Shown: in pieces, positions 37,133-46,515 of the stretch | How positions within the stretch are numbered: position 1 is the stretch's first letter | Layout of the letters: every line of letters begins with the position of its first letter | DNA from: a virus | Taxonomy: Duplodnaviria > Heunggongvirae > Uroviricota > Caudoviricetes | DNA length: 64,000 bases | IMG/VR virus record: IMGVR_UViG_3300017917_003366 | Strand: one strand, 5' to 3' | The notes under the pieces: generated by a model | Seen by the model: the letters and a program-made list of their open reading frames with translations, nothing else | What the model was told of the DNA's origin: nothing | The model's database searches: none | Translations under genes and position numbers: made by a program

Positions 37133-39468
37133 ATCTTGGGTGTGATGAAGTCAATGGAACTTACGTTCTCTTCTTTCTTCACCATAACCAAATTATCCGA
37201 CCAGTTACGAATCAAAGAGTTGTGGGAGATTACAAAGATGTGGTCAAAATAAACTTTAATCTTCTTAAAGAATTCTCCAACCATTTCAAGGTTCTCATCC
37301 GCAATTTTACCGAACACCTCATCCATCACAACGATGTTTGGTTTAGGTAGAGAAGAAATCTTGGTCAATACACTTCTAAGTGCCAATGACGATATTGTTC
37401 TCTCATATCCCGAACCCGAATTCAATGGTTTAACTACCCTTGTTTCGGTATCAATCATAATGAAATCAACCTCGTTCTTCTCGGTAACGTTCAATTCCAA
37501 AATAAAGTAACAACTGTCAACCAACAAACGATAAAGTTCCTGATTGATAAGTGGAACCATATTCTTTAGAATCACTTTTGAAATACCATTCTTACCAAAT
37601 ATTGTCAAGTATATCTTGAAGATTGTTTGAGTTTCGTTCTCAATCTTAATCTTCTTGATTAATTCCTGACTGGTTTTGATTTTATCATTTAGAAGAATGA
37701 TGTTGCTTTTCAATCTTTCAATTGAAGTGTTAATCACACGAATGTTTGCAGTTGCGGTTTCGATTTGGGTTTTCAATGCCAAAATCTCCGAATCAATCTT
37801 AACGTTCTCATCTAACTTCTGCTTGTTACGGTCGTAGTTATCCAACTTGACTTGAATTCTATCAATCTCGGTTTGTTTTTGTTCCGCTTCGAGTTCGTAT
37901 CGTGCTTTCTTTAATTTGTTCTTCTCGTACTCATCGTACTCTCTTTTCAAATTTGAAAACACTTTCTCTCTTTCGTTTGCTTCAGTTAGTTTGTTTTCAT
38001 TATCCTTTTGAATACCCTTGAGTTTCTCAATCTCTTCTTTAATCTTGTTAATCTCATCGGTGTGGTCAACTTGGTCCAACGGACGATTACAAGTTGGACA
38101 TATTGAACCTTTCTCCAATTGAACAACAAGAGTTTCTTGCCTTCTAATTGCGTCGCCGTTAACCCTACCCTCAACGATTATTCCGTTTACTTCACTCTTA
38201 ATCTTTTCGTGGTCCTCTTCAAGATAGTATTGTGAAGGTTCCTTTACTTCAACCAACTTACCAGCATTTACCGATGCTGTTTTTGCATTGTTAAGTGTTT
38301 CAATGTCCCTTCTTAATTGGTCGGGGTTTGTTCTAATAAGTTCTTGGTCGATATCATTGTTTCTTCTTCTTAAAGCATCTTCCTTTTTGGCTTCAAGTTC
38401 TTTAAGATTGGTTTCATTTGTCTTTAGCTCACCTTCCTGTTTTACAATTTGATTTTCAGAATCTGTAATTTGTTCAGTAAAGGTTTCGATATCCGTTTCT
38501 AATTGAACAATGTTATATTGATTGGAAATAAGTTTCTTACTCCATTCAGATTGGATATTCTTACAGATTTCTTCTTTTTGTTTAAGAGTTTCTAACCCTA
38601 AGAACTTCGTAAGAATTTGTCCCCTTGCTGTTGGTTTAGATTCAATCAACTCTTCCAAGTTATAACCAGTGGTTAATATCGTTGATAAGAAATCTTCTTT
38701 GTTACCAATTGCTGATGTAATGAACTCTTCAGTTTCTCTCCTTTGTTCTCCGTTTAAGTTTTCAATGGTTCCATCAGGATTCATTTTATTAAACTCAAGT
38801 GAGTTGGTTACATTATAATCACCACTCTTAGTTTTTTTGCGGACGCTCTTTCTTTCGATAATGTAATCATCACCATCGATGTTAACATAACCCTTAACAT
38901 ATACTGTATCAACATCAGTAAATCTATTGAATATCTCGATGTTAGTTTTTGTTTTGGTTGTTTCATTGAAGAATAAGAACATCAACAAATCAACAGTTGC
39001 AGTTGATTTACCTCCGAAGTTTTTTGGAGTGGACTCAACAACAGTAATGCCGGGTAAATCCGTAAAATCAATTACATTGTCCTGTCCATAAGAAAGAAAG
39101 TTAGAGAACTCAATTTTCTTAACGTACCATTTGTTGTATCTAACCTTACTTCCGTTTCTATTTAAAAGTTCCTCATTGACTTTGTTATCCAATCTGTTGA
39201 TTGAATCCCATTTAACATCAATACCATTTTCATCAATGAAATCTTTCATCAATGTCTTTTGATATTCTGAATCAGAAATGTTTTCAGCGATGTCCAATGA
39301 TTTTAACTTAGTTTGTTCCACATTGGAAACAACCTTTGTTACGATTTGAACATGCTTACTGTTGTATTTCTTTTGGAAATAAGATTTCACCCGATTGATT
39401 TTTTCGGATGTGAAGTTTTCAGGAGTATCCTGCCACGTTACCTTGATGTATGGATTATTGTATGCCAT
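37126..39468 (-). CDS. sbcC: SbcC/Rad50/gp46-like ATPase with about 110-aa N-terminal extension; start probably 39468 (MAYNN), not 39492
   Basis: KKIEFSNFLSYG, NFGGKST Walker A, coiled coils, CPTC zinc hook, NSGSGYER signature, VMDE Walker B, VISH; TAATG coupling at 39468. Confidence 0.92.
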   Translation of the reverse strand: MAYNNPYIKVTWQDTPENFTSEKINRVKSYFQKKYNSKHVQIVTKVVSNVEQTKLKSLDIAENISDSEYQKTLMKDFIDENGIDVKWDSINRLDNKVNEELLNRNGSKVRYNKWYVKKIEFSNFLSYGQDNVIDFTDLPGITVVESTPKNFGGKSTATVDLLMFLFFNETTKTKTNIEIFNRFTDVDTVYVKGYVNIDGDDYIIERKSVRKKTKSGDYNVTNSLEFNKMNPDGTIENLNGEQRRETEEFITSAIGNKEDFLSTILTTGYNLEELIESKPTARGQILTKFLGLETLKQKEEICKNIQSEWSKKLISNQYNIVQLETDIETFTEQITDSENQIVKQEGELKTNETNLKELEAKKEDALRRRNNDIDQELIRTNPDQLRRDIETLNNAKTASVNAGKLVEVKEPSQYYLEEDHEKIKSEVNGIIVEGRVNGDAIRRQETLVVQLEKGSICPTCNRPLDQVDHTDEINKIKEEIEKLKGIQKDNENKLTEANEREKVFSNLKREYDEYEKNKLKKARYELEAEQKQTEIDRIQVKLDNYDRNKQKLDENVKIDSEILALKTQIETATANIRVINTSIERLKSNIILLNDKIKTSQELIKKIKIENETQTIFKIYLTIFGKNGISKVILKNMVPLINQELYRLLVDSCYFILELNVTEKNEVDFIMIDTETRVVKPLNSGSGYERTISSLALRSVLTKISSLPKPNIVVMDEVFGKIADENLEMVGEFFKKIKVYFDHIFVISHNSLIRNWSDNLVMVKKEENVSSIDFITPKIS

Positions 39469-40001
39469 TATTTTCTTTTTTGTAAGACCCACTTACCGTT
39501 CTTTAGGTCATATGTTTGAACATCTTTCTTTCTAAACGACATCCATCTTTCAACCTCATCACTATTGTTTGGTTGGAATGTTGTCCATAGAATCTTGTCT
39601 CTGTTTTTAATTGTTGTTGGTTTTATAACGATTGCCTGTGTAAAATCTTTGTTGGTACGAATAAACAAATTTTTTTTCTTATTTGGAACATAAATTTCAT
39701 TTATTTTATCATACCAATACTTTGTCTTTCTTATTGGGATGTTTATCGTTTCAGTACCTATGTTACTAATCAAAGAATACTTTTGGTTGGACCAAAAATC
39801 ACCTTCCCATCCACCACCTTCCATCTCGGCTCCGAAATTGGGGTCATCAGGACTAATAAGGTCAATGGCCGTCTTATTTGGATGTGATATGAAAACATAT
39901 CCGAAATTCTCTTTACTAAACTTAATACCAAATTCTCTAACTGGTGTGTCATCAAAACATCTTTTAAAAAACGCCATTAATAATAATTCTAAGAAATCCA
40001 C
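39468..40001 (-). CDS. Putative PD-(D/E)XK-like nuclease/hypothetical; start possibly 39977 (MAFFKR)
   Basis: IDLI....FGAEMEG and IPIRKTKY segments resemble a PD-(D/E)xK core. Confidence 0.45.
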   Translation of the reverse strand: MDFLELLLMAFFKRCFDDTPVREFGIKFSKENFGYVFISHPNKTAIDLISPDDPNFGAEMEGGGWEGDFWSNQKYSLISNIGTETINIPIRKTKYWYDKINEIYVPNKKKNLFIRTNKDFTQAIVIKPTTIKNRDKILWTTFQPNNSDEVERWMSFRKKDVQTYDLKNGKWVLQKRK

Positions 40002-40012
40002 TCATAGGTGGT

Positions 40013-40321
40013 TTATTTTATTCTGCTCTCCTCGAAGAACTCGACGATTGCGTTAATCGTCCAAACAATACCCGCAGTAAACATACCGTCAAAAAATATT
40101 GCTGGTATCCAATGGATATTGTACGCGGTTGTTAATCCACCAAAACAAATGGACATGAAAAATCCAACCCACGTGGATGTACATAATGTACAACTGATTA
40201 AATCACCAAAAAATTTTGATTTTGATTTAATCCATAATCTTTGATTTTCAAAAATGGAACCCCAAACTAAAATTGATGTCATTCCATATGCGATAAACGC
40301 CCAAACTAATAATGATGCCAT
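40013..40321 (-). CDS. DUF1360-like membrane protein with CxxC
   Basis: Three hydrophobic segments, LISCTLCTSTWVG motif. Confidence 0.7.
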   Translation of the reverse strand: MASLLVWAFIAYGMTSILVWGSIFENQRLWIKSKSKFFGDLISCTLCTSTWVGFFMSICFGGLTTAYNIHWIPAIFFDGMFTAGIVWTINAIVEFFEESRIK

Positions 40322-40336
40322 AATAAACTATTTTCT

Positions 40337-40367
40337 AAAATATACTAAAAAAAATTGATGATTCAAA
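40337..40367 (-). promoter_or_regulatory. Bacteroidota-type promoter
   Basis: TTTG(40367-64)-N19-TATATTTT(40344-37). Confidence 0.65.
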
Positions 40368-40368
40368 A

Positions 40369-40974
40369 TCAATCATCATAAAGTGATGTCATATCACTAT
40401 TGCGCATCATCTTACCTTTTTTACCAAATGCTTCAAGGGATTTGGTGATGGTATCGAGTTGTTCTTTTAATTTTTGATTCTCCTCGGTTAAACGATTTAT
40501 CTCATCGTTATTGATGATTTCTTTAACCACTTCAACAGGGACTTGTATCTCTTTTACTATTTCAACAGGAACCTCGATTTTAACCTCTTTGATTACTTCT
40601 TTGGTTATCACCTGAGTTTCCCCTTTTATTTCAATCGGTACTTCTTTAATTACTTCGACCGGAACCTCTTTAATGACTTCTTTAATGATTTCAACGGGAA
40701 CTTCTTTGATAACCTCTTTGATAACTTCGACAGGTACTTCAACCTTCTTCTCCACGATTTTTTCAACCTCTTTAATAATCTCTTTTTCAACTATAACTTC
40801 TTTTTCAATTATTTTAGGTTCCGATTTTGCACCTGTCGGTGTTTCCCCATACTTCAATAACGAAAAACCCCTATCGAAAACCTGTTTGGCAAGTTTCTCG
40901 GGGTCTTTAATTTCATTCAGTTCACAATACTGAAGAAACTCGTTATCTAACGTTAAGGAGGTTTTCTTCTTCAT
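40369..40974 (-). CDS. Repeat protein with (P)VEVIKEV tandem repeats and C-terminal coiled coil
   Basis: More than 10 EVIKE/EIIKE-type units in aa 57-155. Confidence 0.75.
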   Translation of the reverse strand: MKKKTSLTLDNEFLQYCELNEIKDPEKLAKQVFDRGFSLLKYGETPTGAKSEPKIIEKEVIVEKEIIKEVEKIVEKKVEVPVEVIKEVIKEVPVEIIKEVIKEVPVEVIKEVPIEIKGETQVITKEVIKEVKIEVPVEIVKEIQVPVEVVKEIINNDEINRLTEENQKLKEQLDTITKSLEAFGKKGKMMRNSDMTSLYDD

Positions 40975-41746
40975 TTTCTATGTCTGCAATATCAGATATT
41001 GAGAAGTGTAAAAATGGTTGTTCGTTCTTTATATCATGTGTGGTATACTCATCTGTTTCCACATCGTACATTCCGTAACCATGATAGTTTACTGTCTCAC
41101 CAAAGTTTTGCTGAATGAGTGAACCAATCATAACTGCCTTTCCTCCACCGGGTAGTTGGAACATTTGTCTTTTGTGAATATCACCACAAAGAAGTAAATC
41201 CAAATCAACAAAGTTTAGTGGTGAGAACGCATTATCAAATTCAAAACCTAAATCGGTTGACAAACCTTGGATTGGTCCGTGAAATAAACCAACATAAAAA
41301 CCCTCCTCTTTTGTGTACTCAGGTTTCTGATTGTGTTCATATAAAGAATAAACAACCCAATTGATGTTGTCATCTTCATACACACCACTATTTTTATAGT
41401 ATTGAATGTCATCATGGTTTAATAGTTCAACCACGGGTGTGATACTATCTAAACGCTGTACGTTGTTCTCCAAGAAATCATGGTTACCGGGAATGATGAT
41501 AACCTTACCAATAATATCGGCAAGTTCCTTAATTAACCAAGAGGTTAACATCATTTGTTCGTTTGAAATATTAATCTTTTGATGAGCAATATCTCCAGCA
41601 ATTACAACTCTGATTTCAGAATAATCATAATCCAAAACTTGATTCTTTAAATCTTCCAATAGTAAATCAAATTGTCTTTTGTACATCTCATGATATTGAT
41701 ATGTACGAATGTGTAGGTCGGCAATATGTATAATTTTCTTTATCAT
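40943..41746 (-). CDS. sbcD: SbcD/Mre11/gp47-like metallophosphoesterase nuclease (short)
   Basis: HIADLH, AGDIAH, PGNHD, FHG, GDIHKRQ, GSLIQQNFGE motifs. Confidence 0.92.
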   Translation of the reverse strand: MIKKIIHIADLHIRTYQYHEMYKRQFDLLLEDLKNQVLDYDYSEIRVVIAGDIAHQKINISNEQMMLTSWLIKELADIIGKVIIIPGNHDFLENNVQRLDSITPVVELLNHDDIQYYKNSGVYEDDNINWVVYSLYEHNQKPEYTKEEGFYVGLFHGPIQGLSTDLGFEFDNAFSPLNFVDLDLLLCGDIHKRQMFQLPGGGKAVMIGSLIQQNFGETVNYHGYGMYDVETDEYTTHDIKNEQPFLHFSISDIADIENEEENLLNVR

Positions 41747-42600
41747 TTTCTAATGTATTTGTTAATATCCATTTTTAAAATTGTTTGTGTTACTTCGAAT
41801 GGTACTTTATATTCTTCAAATGTACCATCATCTTTTAATAAAACAACAACACATCCAAGTAATTTCAAATCACCGTACTTTGTGCCTTGTAACATTTTAA
41901 TTAACAACTTACCATATAATGGTAACTGAAGAAAGTAGTGACCTAAAGCGGTATCATGATAATTTTCAAATGGGTGTAACATTCTACCAGTGTATGGTTG
42001 AATTTTAAAATTCTTTGGTTGATTAGTTTTCCAATCGGTTATAACAATACCAAAACCATCTTGAAGTTTGTTCATCATTAACCACATTTTATCGGGTTGT
42101 CCTGTGTAACCTAATTCAGGGTCACCTAAAACCATTTCCGTATCCAATAAAATGGCATTTCTTTCTGCCATTAAATCCAAGAACTTATTTCCTGCTTCAA
42201 TCATTTTGTCACTCTTAACAATTTGACTGTGGTCACAATCGAAGATTGGTTCTCTCACATCTTTATAGGAACCGTATCTCGCAATTGTTTCTGTCTCTAA
42301 CAAATAGTGAACACGACTACCCATGTTGGTTGAGTATTCACCCGATGCTTTCCATTGTTCTAAAAGTTCTTTTTGTTTTTTAACATCACCTTTAGCCATT
42401 TGTAATGCCTTGGTATCGGCATCAAATGGTACATAGAAATTCTTAATAATTTTTGATACCGATGGGTAATTATTTCGCAATTTTCCATTCACATCTCTCA
42501 TGTAATAGATGTGGTCTTCTTCGATAAATGTTAACTCAAGTTCTTTTCGTTTAACTTCAAGTACATCTCTTATTTCCTCTGATATTTTTACTAAATCCAT
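41743..42600 (-). CDS. PD-(D/E)XK exonuclease (lambda-exo/PDDEXK_1-like)
   Basis: PSVSKII, GSRVHYLLE, TEMVL, GQPDK, ITDWKT, QLPLY. Confidence 0.85.
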   Translation of the reverse strand: MDLVKISEEIRDVLEVKRKELELTFIEEDHIYYMRDVNGKLRNNYPSVSKIIKNFYVPFDADTKALQMAKGDVKKQKELLEQWKASGEYSTNMGSRVHYLLETETIARYGSYKDVREPIFDCDHSQIVKSDKMIEAGNKFLDLMAERNAILLDTEMVLGDPELGYTGQPDKMWLMMNKLQDGFGIVITDWKTNQPKNFKIQPYTGRMLHPFENYHDTALGHYFLQLPLYGKLLIKMLQGTKYGDLKLLGCVVVLLKDDGTFEEYKVPFEVTQTILKMDINKYIRK

Positions 42601-42608
42601 TATCTTTT

Positions 42609-43547
42609 TTAATCAAGTTTAAATTCAGGATAATCTGTTAAATTACCCTGAAGGTCCGCAATGTCTTTGTCTTTTGGTAATCTCACCACACTAACTTTAC
42701 CCATCAACTTACCACAATTAATTTTATGGTATAATTTTTCAGTATCGTCCCATGCATCACCATCTAATATTATTGTTATATCTTTTGCTGTTTCGTATAT
42801 TTTTTTGAATAATAAATCACTTATATATTTCCCTAACATTGGAATTGAGTTAGGTAAGAATATTGAATCAAAAACACCCTCAACCAAGTATATCTTTTTA
42901 TTCCAATCAATCAAGTGTTCGTTCCAAATAATTGTTTCTTTTTGAACATCGGGATTCTTATACTTCATCTTTGTTCTCGACAAATATGAACGAGCAATGA
43001 AATAATTAATCTTACCATATGAATCATATGATGGGATGATTATTCTATTTGCATAGGGTCCATCGTAACAAAAACCGATATTGTATTTGGTAATGAGTTC
43101 CTGACCAATATTTCTACTTTTCAAGTAATTCATCGCCTGTCGATAGTGATGTGTTAGTTTCAAACCCGCACTTGCCTGTAGAATTGGGATGAATTCTTTG
43201 GGTAATCTAACATCCTTTTTCGGAGCGTGTCCAAATTCTTGGTCCTCAGGTCTTAATAGTTCGTAACGTTTGAGATGTTTTGGTAACCCGTATTTCTTTA
43301 TCAGTTTAAAAAGTGACCCGTGGGTTTCGTGGGTTTCGGCACATGACCAACACTTATAAACCCCTCTAATGTAGTTAACTTCTAAGTTTCCCTTACCGTC
43401 ACCACTATCCAAACCTTTAATGTCATATGAACAAACAGGACAATCAAATGACATCTGTCCCTTGTATTCATTATGCATCCGGTAGTCCCCAAGGATATCC
43501 TCGACAATCTCAACTATTGGTTCGTATTCCACAGAAACTACAGACAT
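42609..43547 (-). CDS. DNA primase (DnaG-like: Zn finger plus TOPRIM)
   Basis: CPVC...CWSC zinc finger, YLKSRNI, RIIIP, LVEGVFD, LDGDA. Confidence 0.9.
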   Translation of the reverse strand: MSVVSVEYEPIVEIVEDILGDYRMHNEYKGQMSFDCPVCSYDIKGLDSGDGKGNLEVNYIRGVYKCWSCAETHETHGSLFKLIKKYGLPKHLKRYELLRPEDQEFGHAPKKDVRLPKEFIPILQASAGLKLTHHYRQAMNYLKSRNIGQELITKYNIGFCYDGPYANRIIIPSYDSYGKINYFIARSYLSRTKMKYKNPDVQKETIIWNEHLIDWNKKIYLVEGVFDSIFLPNSIPMLGKYISDLLFKKIYETAKDITIILDGDAWDDTEKLYHKINCGKLMGKVSVVRLPKDKDIADLQGNLTDYPEFKLD

Positions 43548-43552
43548 ATGGA

Positions 43553-43584
43553 ATAATATAAGAAATAAAAATCAAAAAACCAAA
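43553..43584 (-). promoter_or_regulatory. Bacteroidota-type promoter for the primase operon
   Basis: TTTG(43584-81)-N20-TATATTAT. Confidence 0.5.
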
Positions 43585-43591
43585 TGAGCAT

Positions 43592-43626
43592 AAAAAAGGA
43601 CGGAGGTCACACCACAACCCCCGTCC
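43592..43626 (-). terminator. Rho-independent terminator
   Basis: GGACGGGGG-11 nt-CCTCCGTCC (one G-U pair) followed by TTTTTT on the minus strand. Confidence 0.82.
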
Positions 43627-43660
43627 ATACCAACCACGTATATTACTATACGTCCCGTAC
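43592..43660 (-). ncRNA. Candidate about 70-nt small RNA (GNRA-capped hairpin plus terminator)
   Basis: TATTTATA at 43671-64, then ACGTATA-GTAA-TATACGT (43653-36), then the terminator; more GC-rich than its flanks. Confidence 0.5.
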
Positions 43661-43692
43661 ATTTATAAATATAAGTAAAAAAACTTTAAAAA

Positions 43693-44301
43693 TCAATCCT
43701 TACCGACAGCTTTATTCATATTAACGAATCCGATAACTGCGGTAGCGGCATCACTCATATCATAATTTTCTTTTTTCAAAGCCCCTGTCTTACCGTATAA
43801 CCATTTAATATCGGGACAAACCGCATTAACGTGTTCCCAAATGATGTGTTTTTTATCGATGTCTTTTGGTAAACCACCAAATAGTACATTTTTACCTTTA
43901 TCGTTTTTACCCACTAAAGATGGGAACGCATATTTTCTTGCGTTGTATGTTGAGATGAAGGTCGGTAACACACCCAATACGTCGTAACACGCTCTAAGAA
44001 TAAGTGTATTATATCTTAATAGTGTTCCAACTGTATAAATGTTATTTGATTGTAATAGAGGTTCTTCGATAACCACTTTGGTTATCCCAACGTCTTTATA
44101 ACTCTCCAAGTGTTTTTTAAACCCGTCAGCTTTTTTAATTAATTCCTCAATCTTATCCTCAGGTTGAGGTTTAATTTTTGGAGAAAAGTGGGTTAATTCC
44201 AATAATTTAGAAGATGAAATATCAAATAATGCAAACCCAATGGTTTTAGTTGATATATCTAAGCCCAAAATCTTAGGGGCATGTTTTAGTTTTATACTCA
44301 T
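43693..44301 (-). CDS. RuvC-like Holliday junction resolvase
   Basis: ILGLDIST..GF, VVIEE, DMSDA acidic catalytic motifs. Confidence 0.82.
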   Translation of the reverse strand: MSIKLKHAPKILGLDISTKTIGFALFDISSSKLLELTHFSPKIKPQPEDKIEELIKKADGFKKHLESYKDVGITKVVIEEPLLQSNNIYTVGTLLRYNTLILRACYDVLGVLPTFISTYNARKYAFPSLVGKNDKGKNVLFGGLPKDIDKKHIIWEHVNAVCPDIKWLYGKTGALKKENYDMSDAATAVIGFVNMNKAVGKD

Positions 44302-44340
44302 ATAAAAATATATAACGAATATTCTGGAAAATGTAAAGTC

Positions 44341-46488
44341 TTAGAAATCTAAGTTCACAGAAAATACCTGAGTACCTACTCTTTTGACAGGATTTGCGGT
44401 TTTAGCAACTACTAAAACTTCTTTGTTACTGTTCAATAATGCAACTTCGGTAATTCTTCTGTCCATACCTGTAACAAAGGTTGGGTTCTGACTCACATTA
44501 AATTGTGATGTCGGTAAATTAACCAAGAAACTCATTCTTTCAATATCAGTTGCTCTAACTAATCTGATACTGCCAGGGAATGGTTGTTCATCACCAAATT
44601 GTGGTAATGAAGATGGTTCGTCAGGAACACTACCTAAGAATGTTTCAATGTCATATGGTGTTGCACCTGTATACATCGGATTTGTAATCACAATTGAGCT
44701 CGATGTCAATCCTGTTGGATTAATTAATTGTCCCACAGTATGACCCGGTATTGATGATGTATAATCAACTTTCTTCCAACCATCGTGTGTTGGTAATTCA
44801 TCAGGGTCAGTGATTTGAATTAATACTTGGAATTGATTCGCAATATATCCTTCAACTGCTCCTGTACATAGATTACTACTTTCCATGAATGGGAAACTAC
44901 CATCTTCGAAATTGATGTACAATTGTGATGGTCGAACTAAACATGGGTCATCCACTGCAACTTCTACTTTAGAATAGTAGTTACATGGTAAACCGTTTAA
45001 TGAAGTATCTCCCGTGTAATTAAACATGTAAGTTACCCATACTGTTTGTCCTGATGTTGAACCTGTGAAGAATGATTGAGCAGCACTTGCATCACTTGGA
45101 ATCAACGCCACTTTTGGAGCAGGTAATGTGTACTTTCTATTTGATTTATAATCAAGTACAGCAACCAATTCTTGGTCGTCAAATACTACAGTTTTGTTAT
45201 TCACAAAAACCTTTCCTACTCTATAACCTTGTTCATCTAAAAGATATCTAAACTTCAATAACTGATTTGCATTTTTCAGAGATTTCATGAAGTAATCAAC
45301 GGTATCCATTGTAAACAATGCACCGATAGTTGTTCCCGTATTTCTATGATACTGAATAAACGGAATGTAAACTTCAAAATAATCTAAATCAGTTATTGCA
45401 TTTTCATCAATATCTTCTAATAACGCATCTCCAATTACATTATTTGTACTAATGTAATCATCGTATTTAAAGAATCTTTCAGGGTCATTTTTTAAATCAC
45501 CCAATTCAGAATAATGTATAATCGCAATTGTTCTTTGTTGTTCAGGTGTTACAATAATTTGTTCATCAAATGAATTGTAATATGATGTTACACCTGTAAT
45601 CGTACCACCGGTTGTGTTAACCCAAGTTTGTCCACTTGATGTGGTATATCCCAAAAATTGTTTTGTTGAAACGTGTTTGTTTGATGTGAATCCTGTTAAA
45701 TTCTCATCAGATGATGGTACATCAAATCCAATTGGTTTTTTATCCCAAACAACATTTAGTGTCCAAGAATTTAACTGTTGTGATGGGTCAATTTCTTCAG
45801 GTCGACAATTTGAATTTAATGGTGACACAGGGTATTCATTTTCACATGAATTACATATTACCTGAGCATTACCACTACATCCTGAGAAATTAGGTAAATT
45901 TCTATCTACTGTAATGGTATTACCACTAACACTCATTACCTGATAAATTAAACTCGATGATTGTCCCGAAATGATTGGGTGTAATGGGTCAGTGCCTGTG
46001 AACGTTGTAAATGCAACTGTGATAAATTCACAATCATTAAAACTTGCTCCTGTTGGAACCACAATTGACGTTGTTCCCGTAATTCCCGATAAAGGAATCA
46101 TTTGTGTTGTACATTCTATTGTTGTACCCGTACAAGCAACGGCATCATATTCTTTATAATCGGATACAAAACCCGCAGGTCCCATAACATTTCTAAGAGT
46201 TTCAGTTGTTGATACTTCCACAGGAATACCATATGTGGTTGAACCACTTGTCGAATCTAATTGATATGGATATTTTACACCACCTTCTTTATCAAGGGGT
46301 GAAAAAACTGACTGATGTGGTACACCCGCCAAACCTGTTAATCCCGTAAATGGGGAAGTATAATCAAATTCGGAATCTCCGATTTGGAAATAAGAGATAA
46401 CAAAATTACCCTTAGCAATAGAATTTCTACCCTTTTGGGTGATTCTTGCTGATAAAAACTCCGAATTATTATTACTTAAAAAACTCAT
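44341..46488 (-). CDS. Baseplate/tail-collar-type structural protein
   Basis: N-terminal ITQKGR..IAKG...YFQIGDSE and C-terminal ITEVALLN...VVAK...PVK resemble tail-collar/fibre-attachment proteins; TATTTATA upstream. Confidence 0.62.
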   Translation of the reverse strand: MSFLSNNNSEFLSARITQKGRNSIAKGNFVISYFQIGDSEFDYTSPFTGLTGLAGVPHQSVFSPLDKEGGVKYPYQLDSTSGSTTYGIPVEVSTTETLRNVMGPAGFVSDYKEYDAVACTGTTIECTTQMIPLSGITGTTSIVVPTGASFNDCEFITVAFTTFTGTDPLHPIISGQSSSLIYQVMSVSGNTITVDRNLPNFSGCSGNAQVICNSCENEYPVSPLNSNCRPEEIDPSQQLNSWTLNVVWDKKPIGFDVPSSDENLTGFTSNKHVSTKQFLGYTTSSGQTWVNTTGGTITGVTSYYNSFDEQIIVTPEQQRTIAIIHYSELGDLKNDPERFFKYDDYISTNNVIGDALLEDIDENAITDLDYFEVYIPFIQYHRNTGTTIGALFTMDTVDYFMKSLKNANQLLKFRYLLDEQGYRVGKVFVNNKTVVFDDQELVAVLDYKSNRKYTLPAPKVALIPSDASAAQSFFTGSTSGQTVWVTYMFNYTGDTSLNGLPCNYYSKVEVAVDDPCLVRPSQLYINFEDGSFPFMESSNLCTGAVEGYIANQFQVLIQITDPDELPTHDGWKKVDYTSSIPGHTVGQLINPTGLTSSSIVITNPMYTGATPYDIETFLGSVPDEPSSLPQFGDEQPFPGSIRLVRATDIERMSFLVNLPTSQFNVSQNPTFVTGMDRRITEVALLNSNKEVLVVAKTANPVKRVGTQVFSVNLDF

Positions 46489-46492
46489 ATTA

Positions 46493-46500
46493 TATAAATA
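46493..46500 (-). promoter_or_regulatory. TATTTATA putative late promoter
   Basis: Intergenic, 4 nt before ATG 46488. Confidence 0.58.
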
Positions 46501-46515
46501 CCTTTATTTCATTTA

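Noticed and set aside
39469-39492. ORF-track start of sbcC at 39492
   Set aside because: It lies inside the upstream gene; the ATG at 39468 gives the TAATG coupling seen elsewhere in the window.
41743-42600. Cas4 / CRISPR-associated nuclease
   Set aside because: Lacks the four Fe-S cysteines, no cas genes or array nearby, and the replication-operon context fits a generic PD-(D/E)XK exonuclease.
43510-43662. 50-codon minus-strand ORF (MYGTYSNIRGW...) through the candidate sRNA
   Set aside because: It runs through a strong terminator, the primase promoter and the primase start, and has no leader; RNA structure explains the sequence better. Not excluded without ribosome profiling.
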